From a virus, in the IMG/VR virus record IMGVR_UViG_3300018868_001080: a DNA stretch of 64,000 nt. One strand, 5' to 3'. The notes beneath the pieces are model-generated. The model had not been told where the DNA came from. It did no database searches and worked only from the letters and a program-made list of their open reading frames with translations. A program made the position numbers and the translations under genes. Below, in pieces: positions 1 to 9,962 of the stretch. How positions within the stretch are numbered: position 1 is the stretch's first letter; the number at the start of each line of letters is the position of its first letter.

Positions 1-753
1 AATATCTCACTTGTGCATACACCAGCCAATGATGGTACCAACGCATTCATTCAATTGGGTGAATTCACTACTGGCAGTACCACTGCATCTGCATTCTCTG
101 GATTCCGATTGGAATACAATGAAGCAACAAATTCATTATCTTTGAGTAGTTTGTTTGGATCCACAATCAACAACACATTGACCATAGATGTTTCTGGCAA
201 TGTGACAGTACAGAACAGTATCTCTGCAGGTGGATCCATCAGTGCTAGTAATTTTGCAGGCTATACCCCATACACAGTCACATTCACACCATTCACCTCA
301 GGCGGTGTTGGCACTGGTCCAGGTGGCACTCTGTTTTTCCCTGCTGCACTGTCTGGTACCATACCCAGCAGTGAATTGTCAACCAGATTCATAAACAATC
401 GAGGAGCAATTGATGGTGTGTTATTTTTTGCCAATGATGGAGCAGCGAACACAAAACAATACACACTGGAATTTGCAAAAGATGCTGCGTTCACTTCACA
501 AAAAACATCCATATATCTCAAAGCTACTGGTGAAACACCCAATTCAATCATGAGGCCTGTGAATGGTTCTTTTGCCAATGGTCGCATTGTAATGCCCAGT
601 GCAAATGCTACTCAACCATGGGGCGCCAGTGGCCAATTGATTGCATACCCATATGCAACAGGTGACTCCATATACTACAGAATTGGCTTTGCGTATCCAA
701 CTGCATTTGAAAATATGGGATTGTCTGCAGGTTACATCAGAATTATTCCTTAA
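1..753 (+). CDS. Tail fibre/virion structural protein, C-terminal part (5'-truncated)
   Basis: Frame open from base 1; G/S/T-rich beta-strand sequence typical of fibres. Confidence 0.5.
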   Translation, partial: NISLVHTPANDGTNAFIQLGEFTTGSTTASAFSGFRLEYNEATNSLSLSSLFGSTINNTLTIDVSGNVTVQNSISAGGSISASNFAGYTPYTVTFTPFTSGGVGTGPGGTLFFPAALSGTIPSSELSTRFINNRGAIDGVLFFANDGAANTKQYTLEFAKDAAFTSQKTSIYLKATGETPNSIMRPVNGSFANGRIVMPSANATQPWGASGQLIAYPYATGDSIYYRIGFAYPTAFENMGLSAGYIRIIP

Positions 754-756
754 CTC

Positions 757-790
757 TTGAATTACGCACTGCTCAGGTTATCATGGAGCG
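757..790 (+). promoter_or_regulatory. Sigma70-type promoter TTGAAT-N16-TATCAT, 6 nt before GTG
   Basis: TTGAAT 757-762, TATCAT 779-784, GTG 791; the same geometry recurs across the window. Confidence 0.55.
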
Positions 791-1231
791 GTGAAGCATT
801 TTATAACTTGGCATGCATTTGATGGTTATGTGCAGGAGCTTGCACAACACATCAAACAAAGCATGGACACTGATCTGCACGACATAGTGGGTGTGTCTCG
901 AGGTGGGTTGGTGCTGGCTGCAGCACTCAGTTATGCCTTGAACATAAAAAATGTGCATAGTGTTGGCATAAGAAGTTACACTACCAACAATGATCAGCAA
1001 GATATTCAAGTGTACCAGCACCTGAATCTTGGCGATTTGAGACATCATGTGCTGGTTGTGGATGATGTTTCTGACACAGGCAACACATTCCTGCATCTGC
1101 AAAAACTACTCATCAACAAACAAGTCACCACTGCAAGCTTGGCCACAAAGTGCGACACCAAGTTGGTACCAGACCACAGTGCATTGCAGCTGGATTCCAG
1201 TATTTGGATTGTATTTCCTTGGGATAAATAG
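791..1231 (+). CDS. Type I phosphoribosyltransferase (xanthine-guanine PRT-like)
   Basis: VGVSRGG motif, PRPP-binding loop VLVVDDVSDTGNT, C-terminal WIVFPW. Confidence 0.85.
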   Translation: MKHFITWHAFDGYVQELAQHIKQSMDTDLHDIVGVSRGGLVLAAALSYALNIKNVHSVGIRSYTTNNDQQDIQVYQHLNLGDLRHHVLVVDDVSDTGNTFLHLQKLLINKQVTTASLATKCDTKLVPDHSALQLDSSIWIVFPWDK

Positions 1232-1355
1232 TTGATCATGAAGCACATAAGAATGCTTGACGTGGGTGGAGATTCCGTTACAATAGATTAAATATTAATG
1301 AAACAAATTCACTTGTTGACTTTATCTTTTTAAGTTAAAAAGTTTCAAACCGTTT

Positions 1356-1919
1356 ATGCAAATAACAACCAAAATAAAGAAGCTAGGTGCTATGTTGATG
1401 TGCTTGCTGGTAACATCTGTTACCATCAGCTACACCTCATACAAACAAAAACAAAAGCTGTGCATCAAAGATATACAGACAGAGCTAAAGACAGCCACCC
1501 CATTGGCTGAGAAACAGATGGCCACGGCCATCAATGTTGCAAATGATGGCATCCGATACAAGAATGAGTTTATCCCCAAGACAAACAGCTTTCGGGTGTT
1601 AACAGTGCGACTCACAGTGTATTGGGCCAAAGGCGGCAACACTGATAGCAACAGCAGAAAGTGCTTGAGCTCCACAGGCTACACCTTGAAACAAGGTGAC
1701 TCCATTGCCGTGGATCCAAAGATTATACCATATAATAAAGATGTGATCATACCCAATGTTGGATTGGTTAAAGCAGTGGATACCGGCACAGATGTAGTTG
1801 GAAAGAAAGCATCTGGTGGTAGAATGCCTGTTATAGATGTATTTTTCATGCATAAAGAAGATGCAGAACGTTTTGCAAATAACTACCCAAAAGTGGTTAA
1901 GGTAGCTGTTCTCAATTAA
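1356..1919 (+). CDS. Membrane-anchored 3D-domain (MltA-like) cell-wall protein
   Basis: N-terminal hydrophobic helix; three-Asp motifs IAVDPKIIP, AVDTG, IDVF. Confidence 0.75.
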   Translation: MQITTKIKKLGAMLMCLLVTSVTISYTSYKQKQKLCIKDIQTELKTATPLAEKQMATAINVANDGIRYKNEFIPKTNSFRVLTVRLTVYWAKGGNTDSNSRKCLSSTGYTLKQGDSIAVDPKIIPYNKDVIIPNVGLVKAVDTGTDVVGKKASGGRMPVIDVFFMHKEDAERFANNYPKVVKVAVLN

Positions 1920-1927
1920 ATATATGC

Positions 1928-2602
1928 ATGCATGCAGAGATTAAGCAACAGTTGTTTGGTGGTGAGGTATCAGACTACTACCAAGCAGTAGACCCCAAGA
2001 GCATCAAACAAGACAATGCAGAGCTCGCTGACATCTATGCCAGCGTAAGCAATAAACGCATTGTTGCGGAAGGTGCAGATCTGCCACCTCCGCCTCCTGC
2101 CATTGTGCAGAAAGCGGCTAACAATTCACTGAGCTACCAAGAGATTTATGATATCATCAAAGATCATGAAGGTTACAGGCCTCAAGTGTACAAAGATTCA
2201 GTTGGCAAGCCCACCATTGGCATTGGATTCAATTTGACTCGATCCGATGCACGTGCACTCATCAAACAAGTGGGTGCTGATTATGACCAGGTATTAACAG
2301 GCAAACAATTATTGAATGACAAGCAAATCAATACACTGTTTGAATTGTCTTTGCGAACTGCATACAAAGATGCAGAAAAATTCATACCTGACTTGTTCAA
2401 TCAGCCCAGGAATGTGAAACTGGCATTGATTGACCTGGCTTTCAATCTGGGATATGACCGGTTAAGCAAATTCAAGAACACAAAAGCACATTTGATTGCA
2501 GGGGACTACAACAAAGCAGCAAATGAATTGATGAACAGCAAATGGGCAGGTCAGGTGAAACGCAGAGCGCAAAACTTGGCTAAGCTGCTGGTAACTGCTT
2601 AA
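1928..2602 (+). CDS. GH24/T4-type lysozyme with N-terminal extension
   Basis: HEGYRPQVYKDSVGKPTIGIG (E-x8-D-x5-T), AFNLG, SKWAGQV; Pro-rich linker; TAAATA-N5-ATG. Confidence 0.85.
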   Translation: MHAEIKQQLFGGEVSDYYQAVDPKSIKQDNAELADIYASVSNKRIVAEGADLPPPPPAIVQKAANNSLSYQEIYDIIKDHEGYRPQVYKDSVGKPTIGIGFNLTRSDARALIKQVGADYDQVLTGKQLLNDKQINTLFELSLRTAYKDAEKFIPDLFNQPRNVKLALIDLAFNLGYDRLSKFKNTKAHLIAGDYNKAANELMNSKWAGQVKRRAQNLAKLLVTA

Positions 2603-2804
2603 CTTTTTTTCTTTTGCGAATTGTATCCTTGGGAAATTTTAATATGGCTGTTTTGTCAGTGGCAGGAAACGTTTTACTCACATCCACTTGTGTGGTGCCC
2701 ATGCTGGGACCTCTGGTTGCATGCACAGTAGGATAATACAAGGTGTTGCTCTCGTGATACACCAACACTGCGTCAACTAGCTTGTCAAACTTACTTGGTT
2801 GCAT
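2580..2804 (-). CDS. Small hypothetical protein with basic C-terminus
   Basis: Overlaps the stop of the upstream fibre gene; SKFDKLVD N-terminal pattern. Confidence 0.5.
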   Translation of the reverse strand: MQPSKFDKLVDAVLVYHESNTLYYPTVHATRGPSMGTTQVDVSKTFPATDKTAILKFPKDTIRKRKKVKQLPAA

Positions 2805-3954
2805 TCTTTAGTTGCTCCACCTCTTGTTTGAGCTCCTTGATACAATTGATGAGCAGCGGGATGATCTTATCATAATTAACACCCAAGTAACCATCTGTTC
2901 TCAATGAGGTGGCTTCAGGTATTACTTTCTGCACATCCTGTGCAATGACTCCTACATCATGTGTGCTGTCTTTCTTCCAATCAAACTCCACACCTCGCAG
3001 TGTGTCAATCTTTGCAAGTGAATTCTCTATTTCTTTGATGTTAGTTTTTGCGCGTTCATCTGATGTGTAGAAAGCAATGATGTCTCCTTGCACTCTCAAC
3101 AATTGTGACACATCACAATTGCCTACAATTGTCGTGTCGCGCTTCAATGTAATGCTGGTTGGTGCTGTTACATCAATGATGTCTGTGTCGTATCCGATGT
3201 TAATGGTAGAGGGTACACCCAAGGTGATGGATCCTGTGATGCCATTTGTGGCATTAATTACACCAATGCCACCACCAGATGATACTATTGTTGAGAAATC
3301 GATGGGCCCGAGCACCCCACTGTACCTGCCAAGCACTTGTCCATTGCCAATAAAGATCTGTTCAATGGGTGCATCAAAATTGTTGGTGTTTCCCAGAATT
3401 GTGAATGGTGAGATTGATCCTAAATAACTGATGGGCACTGATCCTGGCTTCAATCTCACTTGATTGTTGTTGATGTCAATGGTGGTGTTGTCTGGATTGA
3501 CTTGTATGCTTGTGCCTGCACCACCCACCAACCCACTGCCCACATTGCTTGAATTGATGTGTATGGGCATGATGCCAAATTGCTTGACCTGCAATGCAGA
3601 GGATGTGTTGAATTCCACTGTGCTGTTATCAACTTTGATCACAAAATCTATTTCAGCCCAATTGCTCTGTGTCTGCCCAGTGCCACCTGTCAAGAAGTAC
3701 ATGAGATTACTGTCATCATCATACAGAAAATCACCTATCTCGGCACCTGAAAGCAAGTTAAAATTCAGAGTAGTAAAATTTCTTATGCCATAATTTCTTG
3801 CGCCCACTGCAATGCCACCATTGGTTGAACCATCTCCTATGTACAACCGCTGTGTATCTGTGTACCAACCAGGCTCACCTGCATTCAAAATCACAGTTTT
3901 GCCTGTTTGTCTGAGTCCTCGTCTAAACACCAGCTTTGTTATTTGATTGGCCAT
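2791..3954 (-). CDS. Tail fibre protein with C-terminal S74 intramolecular chaperone
   Basis: N-terminal GEPGWYTDTQRLYIGDG fibre motif; C-terminal TSDERAKTNI..GVIAQDV..VNYDKI autocleavage domain. Confidence 0.8.
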   Translation of the reverse strand: MANQITKLVFRRGLRQTGKTVILNAGEPGWYTDTQRLYIGDGSTNGGIAVGARNYGIRNFTTLNFNLLSGAEIGDFLYDDDSNLMYFLTGGTGQTQSNWAEIDFVIKVDNSTVEFNTSSALQVKQFGIMPIHINSSNVGSGLVGGAGTSIQVNPDNTTIDINNNQVRLKPGSVPISYLGSISPFTILGNTNNFDAPIEQIFIGNGQVLGRYSGVLGPIDFSTIVSSGGGIGVINATNGITGSITLGVPSTINIGYDTDIIDVTAPTSITLKRDTTIVGNCDVSQLLRVQGDIIAFYTSDERAKTNIKEIENSLAKIDTLRGVEFDWKKDSTHDVGVIAQDVQKVIPEATSLRTDGYLGVNYDKIIPLLINCIKELKQEVEQLKNATK

Positions 3955-4025
3955 ATAGTGTTATTTATCTTAATCCCAACTTAGCAATTTGCATAATAAT
4001 ATTTATCATGTATTATTGATATTAC

Positions 4026-4364
4026 ATGAAAACTATACCTATTACTTGTGTTATATCTGGCAAAAAGAATTTGTTCAACATGGAGTACTACAATAGCAAA
4101 GCGGCAAAGTTCAATGGCAAAGACAATCTTGTCAAGTATTACATCACTTCAGAGGTGAAGAGGTTGGCAGAAAAAGGGTTAAATGTTGCAGAAATTCGTA
4201 AGATTGTAGGTTCTTCTTCAGATGTAACTGTGGATGCAGCTTATTACAACGACATTAAGAAACATAATAATGTTGAGAATAGATTAAATAATTTTGTACC
4301 GCTTTCGGTGTTTTCATGCTTTGAAACAGACAAAGAGGTAACAAAATTTTTGAGCTTAATATGA
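4026..4364 (+). CDS. Hypothetical protein
   Basis: ORF preceded by TTGCAT-N16-TATTAT; ATGA-type overlap with the next gene. Confidence 0.6.
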   Translation: MKTIPITCVISGKKNLFNMEYYNSKAAKFNGKDNLVKYYITSEVKRLAEKGLNVAEIRKIVGSSSDVTVDAAYYNDIKKHNNVENRLNNFVPLSVFSCFETDKEVTKFLSLI

Positions 4365-4603
4365 CCAACATAACCAGAGTTAAACAATACCTTGCTGTGC
4401 TCGACAGTGCTACCAAACTGGCCATCATTGATGCAGAGAGCGGCATAAAAATAAACTACATTAATGTTGGTTACAACATTGTGAACGGTCCCATCATCAC
4501 CGGTGACAGGTGCACCATCATCATGCAGAAGACCAGTGGCACGAAGTTTGGCAGAATTTATCGACTGCCCTCAGGCGCGCTGCAAAATCAATTTCAAATC
4601 TAG
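4361..4603 (+). CDS. Hypothetical protein
   Basis: Overlapping start/stop with the upstream ORF. Confidence 0.55.
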   Translation: MTNITRVKQYLAVLDSATKLAIIDAESGIKINYINVGYNIVNGPIITGDRCTIIMQKTSGTKFGRIYRLPSGALQNQFQI

Positions 4604-4680
4604 TAAGCAAGTTATTCTTTTTTCATCAAAATTGCCTAGATAACTTGTTGATAAATTTTATTTGCACCTATAATGATGGT

Positions 4681-5241
4681 ATGGTAAATGTACTTGACAG
4701 CGCAAGCAAAGCTTTAACGCTTGATAAGTTTGTTGCGTTAAATGAAATGGACACAAGCTGTCTGTTTTATGGCACTGTGCTTCGCAGTGAATTTGATGTG
4801 GAGCGCATTGGCATTAACAAAAAATTTCACCCACAACGATTTTATGCCATTGAGAAAAATAATAAAAATTATGGCATAATCTACTTGTATGGTTCTTTCT
4901 TGCAACCCAAGAGCAAGTACAAAGACCTTACTACAAATTTAGATTCTTTTTATCATTTGCCTCAAACACACACAGAAACAAATTACAAGAAAATACTTTC
5001 TATTTATGGCTTGAGCTGCAATGAAACATATCGATACTTTTCACAAGGTGTCTACCCCATTGATTCTGCATGCAGAACTGAAGTGTTTAGTAATAAGATT
5101 AATTTTAATGAGTATTTCAAGGGCAACACTGAATACCCTTTCTTCTTAACTATTGTGTCACCTATTATTTTTTATTTTTCAAATGCAGGACAGAATATTC
5201 TGGATTTTAAAAATTATTTGCAGTCCAATACCAAGCTATAG
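4681..5241 (+). CDS. Hypothetical protein (start revised to MVNVLD)
   Basis: TATAAT 4669-4674 lies 6 nt before ATG 4681. Confidence 0.6.
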   Translation: MVNVLDSASKALTLDKFVALNEMDTSCLFYGTVLRSEFDVERIGINKKFHPQRFYAIEKNNKNYGIIYLYGSFLQPKSKYKDLTTNLDSFYHLPQTHTETNYKKILSIYGLSCNETYRYFSQGVYPIDSACRTEVFSNKINFNEYFKGNTEYPFFLTIVSPIIFYFSNAGQNILDFKNYLQSNTKL

Positions 5242-5268
5242 ACTTGTATACATTAAATATTCTATTAC

Positions 5269-7521
5269 ATGAAAGTGGTCAAACGTGATGGCTCTGTTGC
5301 TAAATTTAATATTGAAAAAATCAATAAAATAATTAGTTGGGCAGTAGATGGCATACAGGATGTGAGCTTCTCTGAAGTTGAAATTAATGCAAAATTAAAT
5401 TTAGTGGAGCACATAACTACAAAAGAGATACACAAAGTATTGATTGAGTCTGCTGCTAATTTAATTTCCCTTGACAAACCCAACTACCAATATGTTGCTG
5501 GTAGACTCTTGAATTATCAATTGAGAAAAGATGTTTGGGGTGGCAAGCATGCACCCAGATTGATTGATGTGATTAAAGGGGGTATCAAGACGCAAATCTA
5601 TGATGCAGTTATTATGGAGAAATACTCTGCTGAAGAGTTGAATAAAATTGGAGAACACATTGATCACGACAGAGATTTTATTTTTACATATGCAGGCATC
5701 AGACAACTTTGTGACAAGTACCTCATCAAGAATCGAGTGACTGATGTGATCTATGAGACACCGCAATTTGCTTATGCGCTCATTGCAGCTTATTCTTTTA
5801 TTAATTATCCCAAAGATGTGCGCCTGGAATATGTGAAGCGTTTTTACAACGCAATTTCCAGACACAAGATAAATTTACCCACCCCCATCATGGCAGGCAT
5901 GCGTACCACTTCGCGTAATTATGCCAGTTGCTGCTTGATTGGTGTGGATGATAACAAGGAATCTATTACTGCATCTGGCACTGCAATTTCTATTGCTACT
6001 GCCAGTCGCTGTGGCATAGGCATAGACATATCCAGAATACGTGGCATTGGTGCACCGGTTCGCAATGGTGAAGTGCTGCACACTGGTGTGATACCGTTTT
6101 TAAAAATTTATGAAGCGTCTGTCAAGGCATGGCAACAGAACGGACTTCGTGGCGGGTCTGCCACCACAAACATACAATGGTGGCATTACGAAATAGAAGA
6201 TATTGTTGTTCTCAAGAACAACGCAGGGACTGATGATAACAGGGTGAGAAAACTTGATTATACAGTAGGCATGTCCAAGCTATTCTACGACAGGGTCATT
6301 AGCAATGACAGTATCACACTGTTCAGTCCTCATGAAGTGCCACATCTGTTTGAAGCATGGGGCACACCCAGGTTTGATAAGGTGTATGCAGAATGTGAGA
6401 GTGATAAACAGATAAAGATGAAGAAAAGTATTTCTGCACGCAAACTGTTCTCTCTCATAGTCAAGGAGCGAGTAGAAACAGGCAGAATATATATTCTCAA
6501 TATTGACAGTGCCAACACACATGGGGCATGGCTGGACAAGGTGACCATGAGCAATTTGTGCACAGAAGTGATACAACCTACCATTCCTTTGAAAGATTTC
6601 AATGACCCGGAAGCAGAAATTGGCATGTGCATTTTATCAGCAATCAATATGCTTGAAATTCGAGATTGGAAAGATCTGGAAAAAACATGTGATTTGGTAG
6701 TTCGCTTCTTGGATGAAGTGATTGATGTGCAAGACTATTTCAACAAAGCAGCTGAGAATTTTGCTAAGAAGCGCAGAAGCCTGGGCATTGGCATCACCAA
6801 CCTGGCTGCATTTTTTGCAAAGAACGAAGTATCATACAACTCAAAAGCTGCATTGGTGTTGATTGATGAATGGATGGAACACTTTCAATACTACCTGCTA
6901 GCATCCAGCGTGAATCTGGCCAAAGAAAAAGGTCGGTGTGAAAAGTTTGACCGCACAAAATACTCACAAGGCATTCTGCCAATTGACACATACAAGAGCA
7001 AGGTTAATGACCTTGTGAAGCGCAAGCTAACTCTTGATTGGGATGACCTTAGAGCAGAGATCACCAAGCATGGTCTGAGACATTCTACTTTATCAAGCTG
7101 CATGCCATGTGAGTCAAGTTCTGTTATTCAATCTTCAACAAATGGTGTTGAACCAGTGAGATCATTGATGACATACAAAACATCAAAAATGGGCAAGTTG
7201 CCGGTGCTTGTACCCAACCCCAGCAAATATGGTAATCACTATGAATTGGCTTATGGCTTCCAGGACAACACTGGCATTATTAATGTCAATGCTGTTGTTC
7301 AGAAATATATCGACATGGCCATCTCAACTAACCTGTACTATAACTACAAACACTATGCAGACAACATATTGCCGGACAGTAAGGTGATGAAAGAATTGAT
7401 GTATGCATACAGTGTGGGTCTCATCAGTCTGTACTACAATAACACAGATGACGGCGACAAAGAACAATCTCTGGATCAAAAAGAAGACAGAGATTGCTCC
7501 AGCGGTGCATGCAAATTGTAG
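5269..7521 (+). CDS. nrdA: Class I ribonucleotide reductase alpha subunit with ATP cone
   Basis: VVKRDG ATP cone, PTPIM, ASCCL, SNLCTE catalytic motif, LYY, C-terminal CSSGAC. Confidence 0.97.
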   Translation: MKVVKRDGSVAKFNIEKINKIISWAVDGIQDVSFSEVEINAKLNLVEHITTKEIHKVLIESAANLISLDKPNYQYVAGRLLNYQLRKDVWGGKHAPRLIDVIKGGIKTQIYDAVIMEKYSAEELNKIGEHIDHDRDFIFTYAGIRQLCDKYLIKNRVTDVIYETPQFAYALIAAYSFINYPKDVRLEYVKRFYNAISRHKINLPTPIMAGMRTTSRNYASCCLIGVDDNKESITASGTAISIATASRCGIGIDISRIRGIGAPVRNGEVLHTGVIPFLKIYEASVKAWQQNGLRGGSATTNIQWWHYEIEDIVVLKNNAGTDDNRVRKLDYTVGMSKLFYDRVISNDSITLFSPHEVPHLFEAWGTPRFDKVYAECESDKQIKMKKSISARKLFSLIVKERVETGRIYILNIDSANTHGAWLDKVTMSNLCTEVIQPTIPLKDFNDPEAEIGMCILSAINMLEIRDWKDLEKTCDLVVRFLDEVIDVQDYFNKAAENFAKKRRSLGIGITNLAAFFAKNEVSYNSKAALVLIDEWMEHFQYYLLASSVNLAKEKGRCEKFDRTKYSQGILPIDTYKSKVNDLVKRKLTLDWDDLRAEITKHGLRHSTLSSCMPCESSSVIQSSTNGVEPVRSLMTYKTSKMGKLPVLVPNPSKYGNHYELAYGFQDNTGIINVNAVVQKYIDMAISTNLYYNYKHYADNILPDSKVMKELMYAYSVGLISLYYNNTDDGDKEQSLDQKEDRDCSSGACKL

Positions 7522-7546
7522 ATTAAATATATAGAGAGTATATTAT

Positions 7547-8194
7547 ATGAATATGAACATGGATGATATTATCAAACAAGCGAGCCACGATGAACCGAGA
7601 AATGTTAGTTTTTTTCTGCAAGCGCTTGACGTCTTAAAATCAAAAAACAAAGAGATGTACACTATGGTAGAATTGGGATGTTCAGAAGCACATTATTCTG
7701 CAATCTTTAATGAAAAGTTTGATCATCAATGTAAAAATATTATGGTAGAACCAATTATAGAGGTGTGGCAGAAGTTTGGGCAAAATTATTTTCAAGATAA
7801 AAAAGATGCATATTTCTATAATAACTATCTCTGTGACCTTGTGTGGGCTGGTTGGGGTGGACCAGATGTACCTTTTGTTGTGGATCTAAAATCAAAAATT
7901 AATAAAATTAATTTTAATCAACTATTGGCAGAATCAAATACTACTTTTATAGATATGCTTCATATGGATCTGCAGGGTGCAGAATATTATGTATTAAAAG
8001 AAATTATTGAAAATCAATTGATTAAAAAAACTAATTATGTGTTTATTATGACACATAATTTTGCTGATATAAATTATGATTCATATTTGAAATTATTATC
8101 TGATAACAATTTAAATGATAATATTGTATTTGCAGATTCTTCATATATAGAAAATGGCGATGGTCTTATAATCTTAAGAATTGAGAATTCATGA
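7547..8194 (+). CDS. FkbM-like SAM-dependent methyltransferase
   Basis: MVELGCSEAHYS motif I and IDMLHMDLQGAE motif; AT-rich. Confidence 0.7.
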   Translation: MNMNMDDIIKQASHDEPRNVSFFLQALDVLKSKNKEMYTMVELGCSEAHYSAIFNEKFDHQCKNIMVEPIIEVWQKFGQNYFQDKKDAYFYNNYLCDLVWAGWGGPDVPFVVDLKSKINKINFNQLLAESNTTFIDMLHMDLQGAEYYVLKEIIENQLIKKTNYVFIMTHNFADINYDSYLKLLSDNNLNDNIVFADSSYIENGDGLIILRIENS

Positions 8195-9255
8195 AGACTG
8201 TGCTCAATCTTAAGAATGTAGATTATACCAAACAACCATTGTTCTTTGGTGAAGATCTCAATTTGCAGCGTTATGACAGATTCAAGTATCCCATATTTTT
8301 TGAATTGTTTAAAAAGCAAGAAGAATTTTTCTGGTGGCCACATGAAATAAGTCTGCAAAAAGATAGAAACGATTACAAGGAGCTTACCAAAGAAGAGCGC
8401 TTTGTTTTTGATACCAATTTGCGGTTTCAAACATTGGGGGACAGCATGTTGTCCAGATCAATTCATTCTTTGAGAGAGCATGTAACTAATCCCGAGCTTG
8501 AGATTTGCATGAACACCTGGGCAAGGTTTGAAGGCATTCACAGCTATTCATATTCATACCTGCTCAACAATGTGCACCCAGATGCATCTGGCTTCTTTGA
8601 TAGCATCATGGAGGACAAGGAAATAGTGGGCAGAGCTGAATTTATCAGAGGGCGGTTTGATAAAATCTTGGGCAGCGATGACAAGAAGGACTTGAAAGAG
8701 AAAGTGTTTGACTGCATATTGTCTATTAACTGCATGGAAGGTTTGATATTCTATGTGTCTTTTGCATGCTCTTTTTACTTTGGGTACAGAGGCAAAATGG
8801 AAGGCAATTCTAAGATCATTAAATTTATTCAAAGGGATGAAGCGTTGCATTTTGCAATCACTCAAAATTTAATCAAGACTCTGCGTGATGATGATAGGGA
8901 AGGTTTTTCCACTCTGGTCAAGAAGAGCGAAGACAAGATATATGCATTTTATGAACAAGCTGCCAAGAATGAAATTGAATGGGCCCAATACTTGTTCAGC
9001 AAAGGGTCGTTGCTTGGCTTGAACGCTGATGTGCTGGGTGGTTATTCACGGTGGTTGTGCGACACAAGACTGCGGTCTTTGGGGTACAAGAAAATCTTTA
9101 ATGAGAAAAGCAATCCCATTGCAGGGTGGCTAGACAGCTACCTGGACAGTAGCAAGGTGCAAGTTGCTCCTCAGGAAACTGAAATTAGTGCATACAAGAT
9201 AGGCGCGCGGGATACTAGTCTATCTGAAGACACATTCGAAGACATCAAGCTATAA
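8191..9255 (+). CDS. nrdB: Ribonucleotide reductase beta subunit
   Basis: FWWPHEI, EGIHSYSY, MEGLIFYVSF, RDEALH, PQETEI. Confidence 0.97.
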   Translation: MKTVLNLKNVDYTKQPLFFGEDLNLQRYDRFKYPIFFELFKKQEEFFWWPHEISLQKDRNDYKELTKEERFVFDTNLRFQTLGDSMLSRSIHSLREHVTNPELEICMNTWARFEGIHSYSYSYLLNNVHPDASGFFDSIMEDKEIVGRAEFIRGRFDKILGSDDKKDLKEKVFDCILSINCMEGLIFYVSFACSFYFGYRGKMEGNSKIIKFIQRDEALHFAITQNLIKTLRDDDREGFSTLVKKSEDKIYAFYEQAAKNEIEWAQYLFSKGSLLGLNADVLGGYSRWLCDTRLRSLGYKKIFNEKSNPIAGWLDSYLDSSKVQVAPQETEISAYKIGARDTSLSEDTFEDIKL

Positions 9256-9491
9256 TGTTTAATAATTTTTTTCTTGAGACGTTGTCTGAGGAGGAGTACA
9301 GCATACTGTACCTCATAGCTTATAATGCCATTGTTCGCGTTTGTGATTATGAACCTGGACCAGAGGTGGTTCCTATGCTGAGAGTTGATGTGACGCTGAA
9401 GCAGATTGACAAGCTCAAGAAGAAGGCAACTGAGAGTGGATTGCCTGTCTTAGAATCATTAACAAAAAGAATTCAGGAGTATAGCGCTTAG
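9255..9491 (+). CDS. Hypothetical protein
   Basis: TAATG coupling to nrdB. Confidence 0.55.
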   Translation: MFNNFFLETLSEEEYSILYLIAYNAIVRVCDYEPGPEVVPMLRVDVTLKQIDKLKKKATESGLPVLESLTKRIQEYSA

Positions 9492-9504
9492 TATAAATAT
9501 AATC

Positions 9505-9867
9505 ATGATTAGCATTGTATCACCGCTTCTAAGAATCCAAAATCAGATTCGAATCTGCCACTGGCAAACAACAAGTTATGCTGAGCACAAAGCATTTGGC
9601 AAAGCATATGAACATTTAGATGGACTGATTGATAGCTTCATTGAAGCTTTTTTTGGCAAATATGGCAGGAATAAGGCCAGGTTGTCTTATAACATTGAAT
9701 TGAAGAATTATGAGGGTGACTTCAGCTTGTTCATGCAAGATGGCATCGATTTCTTGAAAAATTTAAATTCTGAACTCACTGCACAAGAAGATTCAGAACT
9801 GCTCAACATTCGAGATGAGATGTTGCAGGAGCTGTACACTCTCAAGTATCTGCTCACTCTCAAGTAA
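9505..9867 (+). CDS. Ferritin/Dps-like four-helix protein (DUF5856-like)
   Basis: HWQTTSYAEHKAF..LIDSFIE and RDEML..YLLTL motifs; TATAAATA promoter. Confidence 0.75.
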   Translation: MISIVSPLLRIQNQIRICHWQTTSYAEHKAFGKAYEHLDGLIDSFIEAFFGKYGRNKARLSYNIELKNYEGDFSLFMQDGIDFLKNLNSELTAQEDSELLNIRDEMLQELYTLKYLLTLK

Positions 9868-9879
9868 TTATCAATCAAC

Positions 9880-9962
9880 AGCCTGAGGTCAGATTCGAAC
9901 TGACGCGCCCTTGCGGGACAGGTTTACAAAACCTGTGCAATCGGCCACTATGCGACTCAGGC
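9880..9962 (-). tRNA. tRNA-Thr(UGU) with atypical long variable arm
   Basis: Acceptor GCCTGAG/CTCAGGC; anticodon arm CAGGT-TTTGTAA-ACCTG; V-arm CCC-GCAA-GGG; T-arm GTCAG-TTCGAAT-CTGAC. Confidence 0.85.

Noticed and set aside
1238-1336. Two tiny ORFs after TAAATA motifs upstream of the 3D-domain gene
   Set aside because: Too short (11-17 codons) and off the modal spacing; cannot be distinguished from chance.
5269-9255. Introns or inteins in nrdA/nrdB
   Set aside because: Both ORFs are continuous and of normal length.
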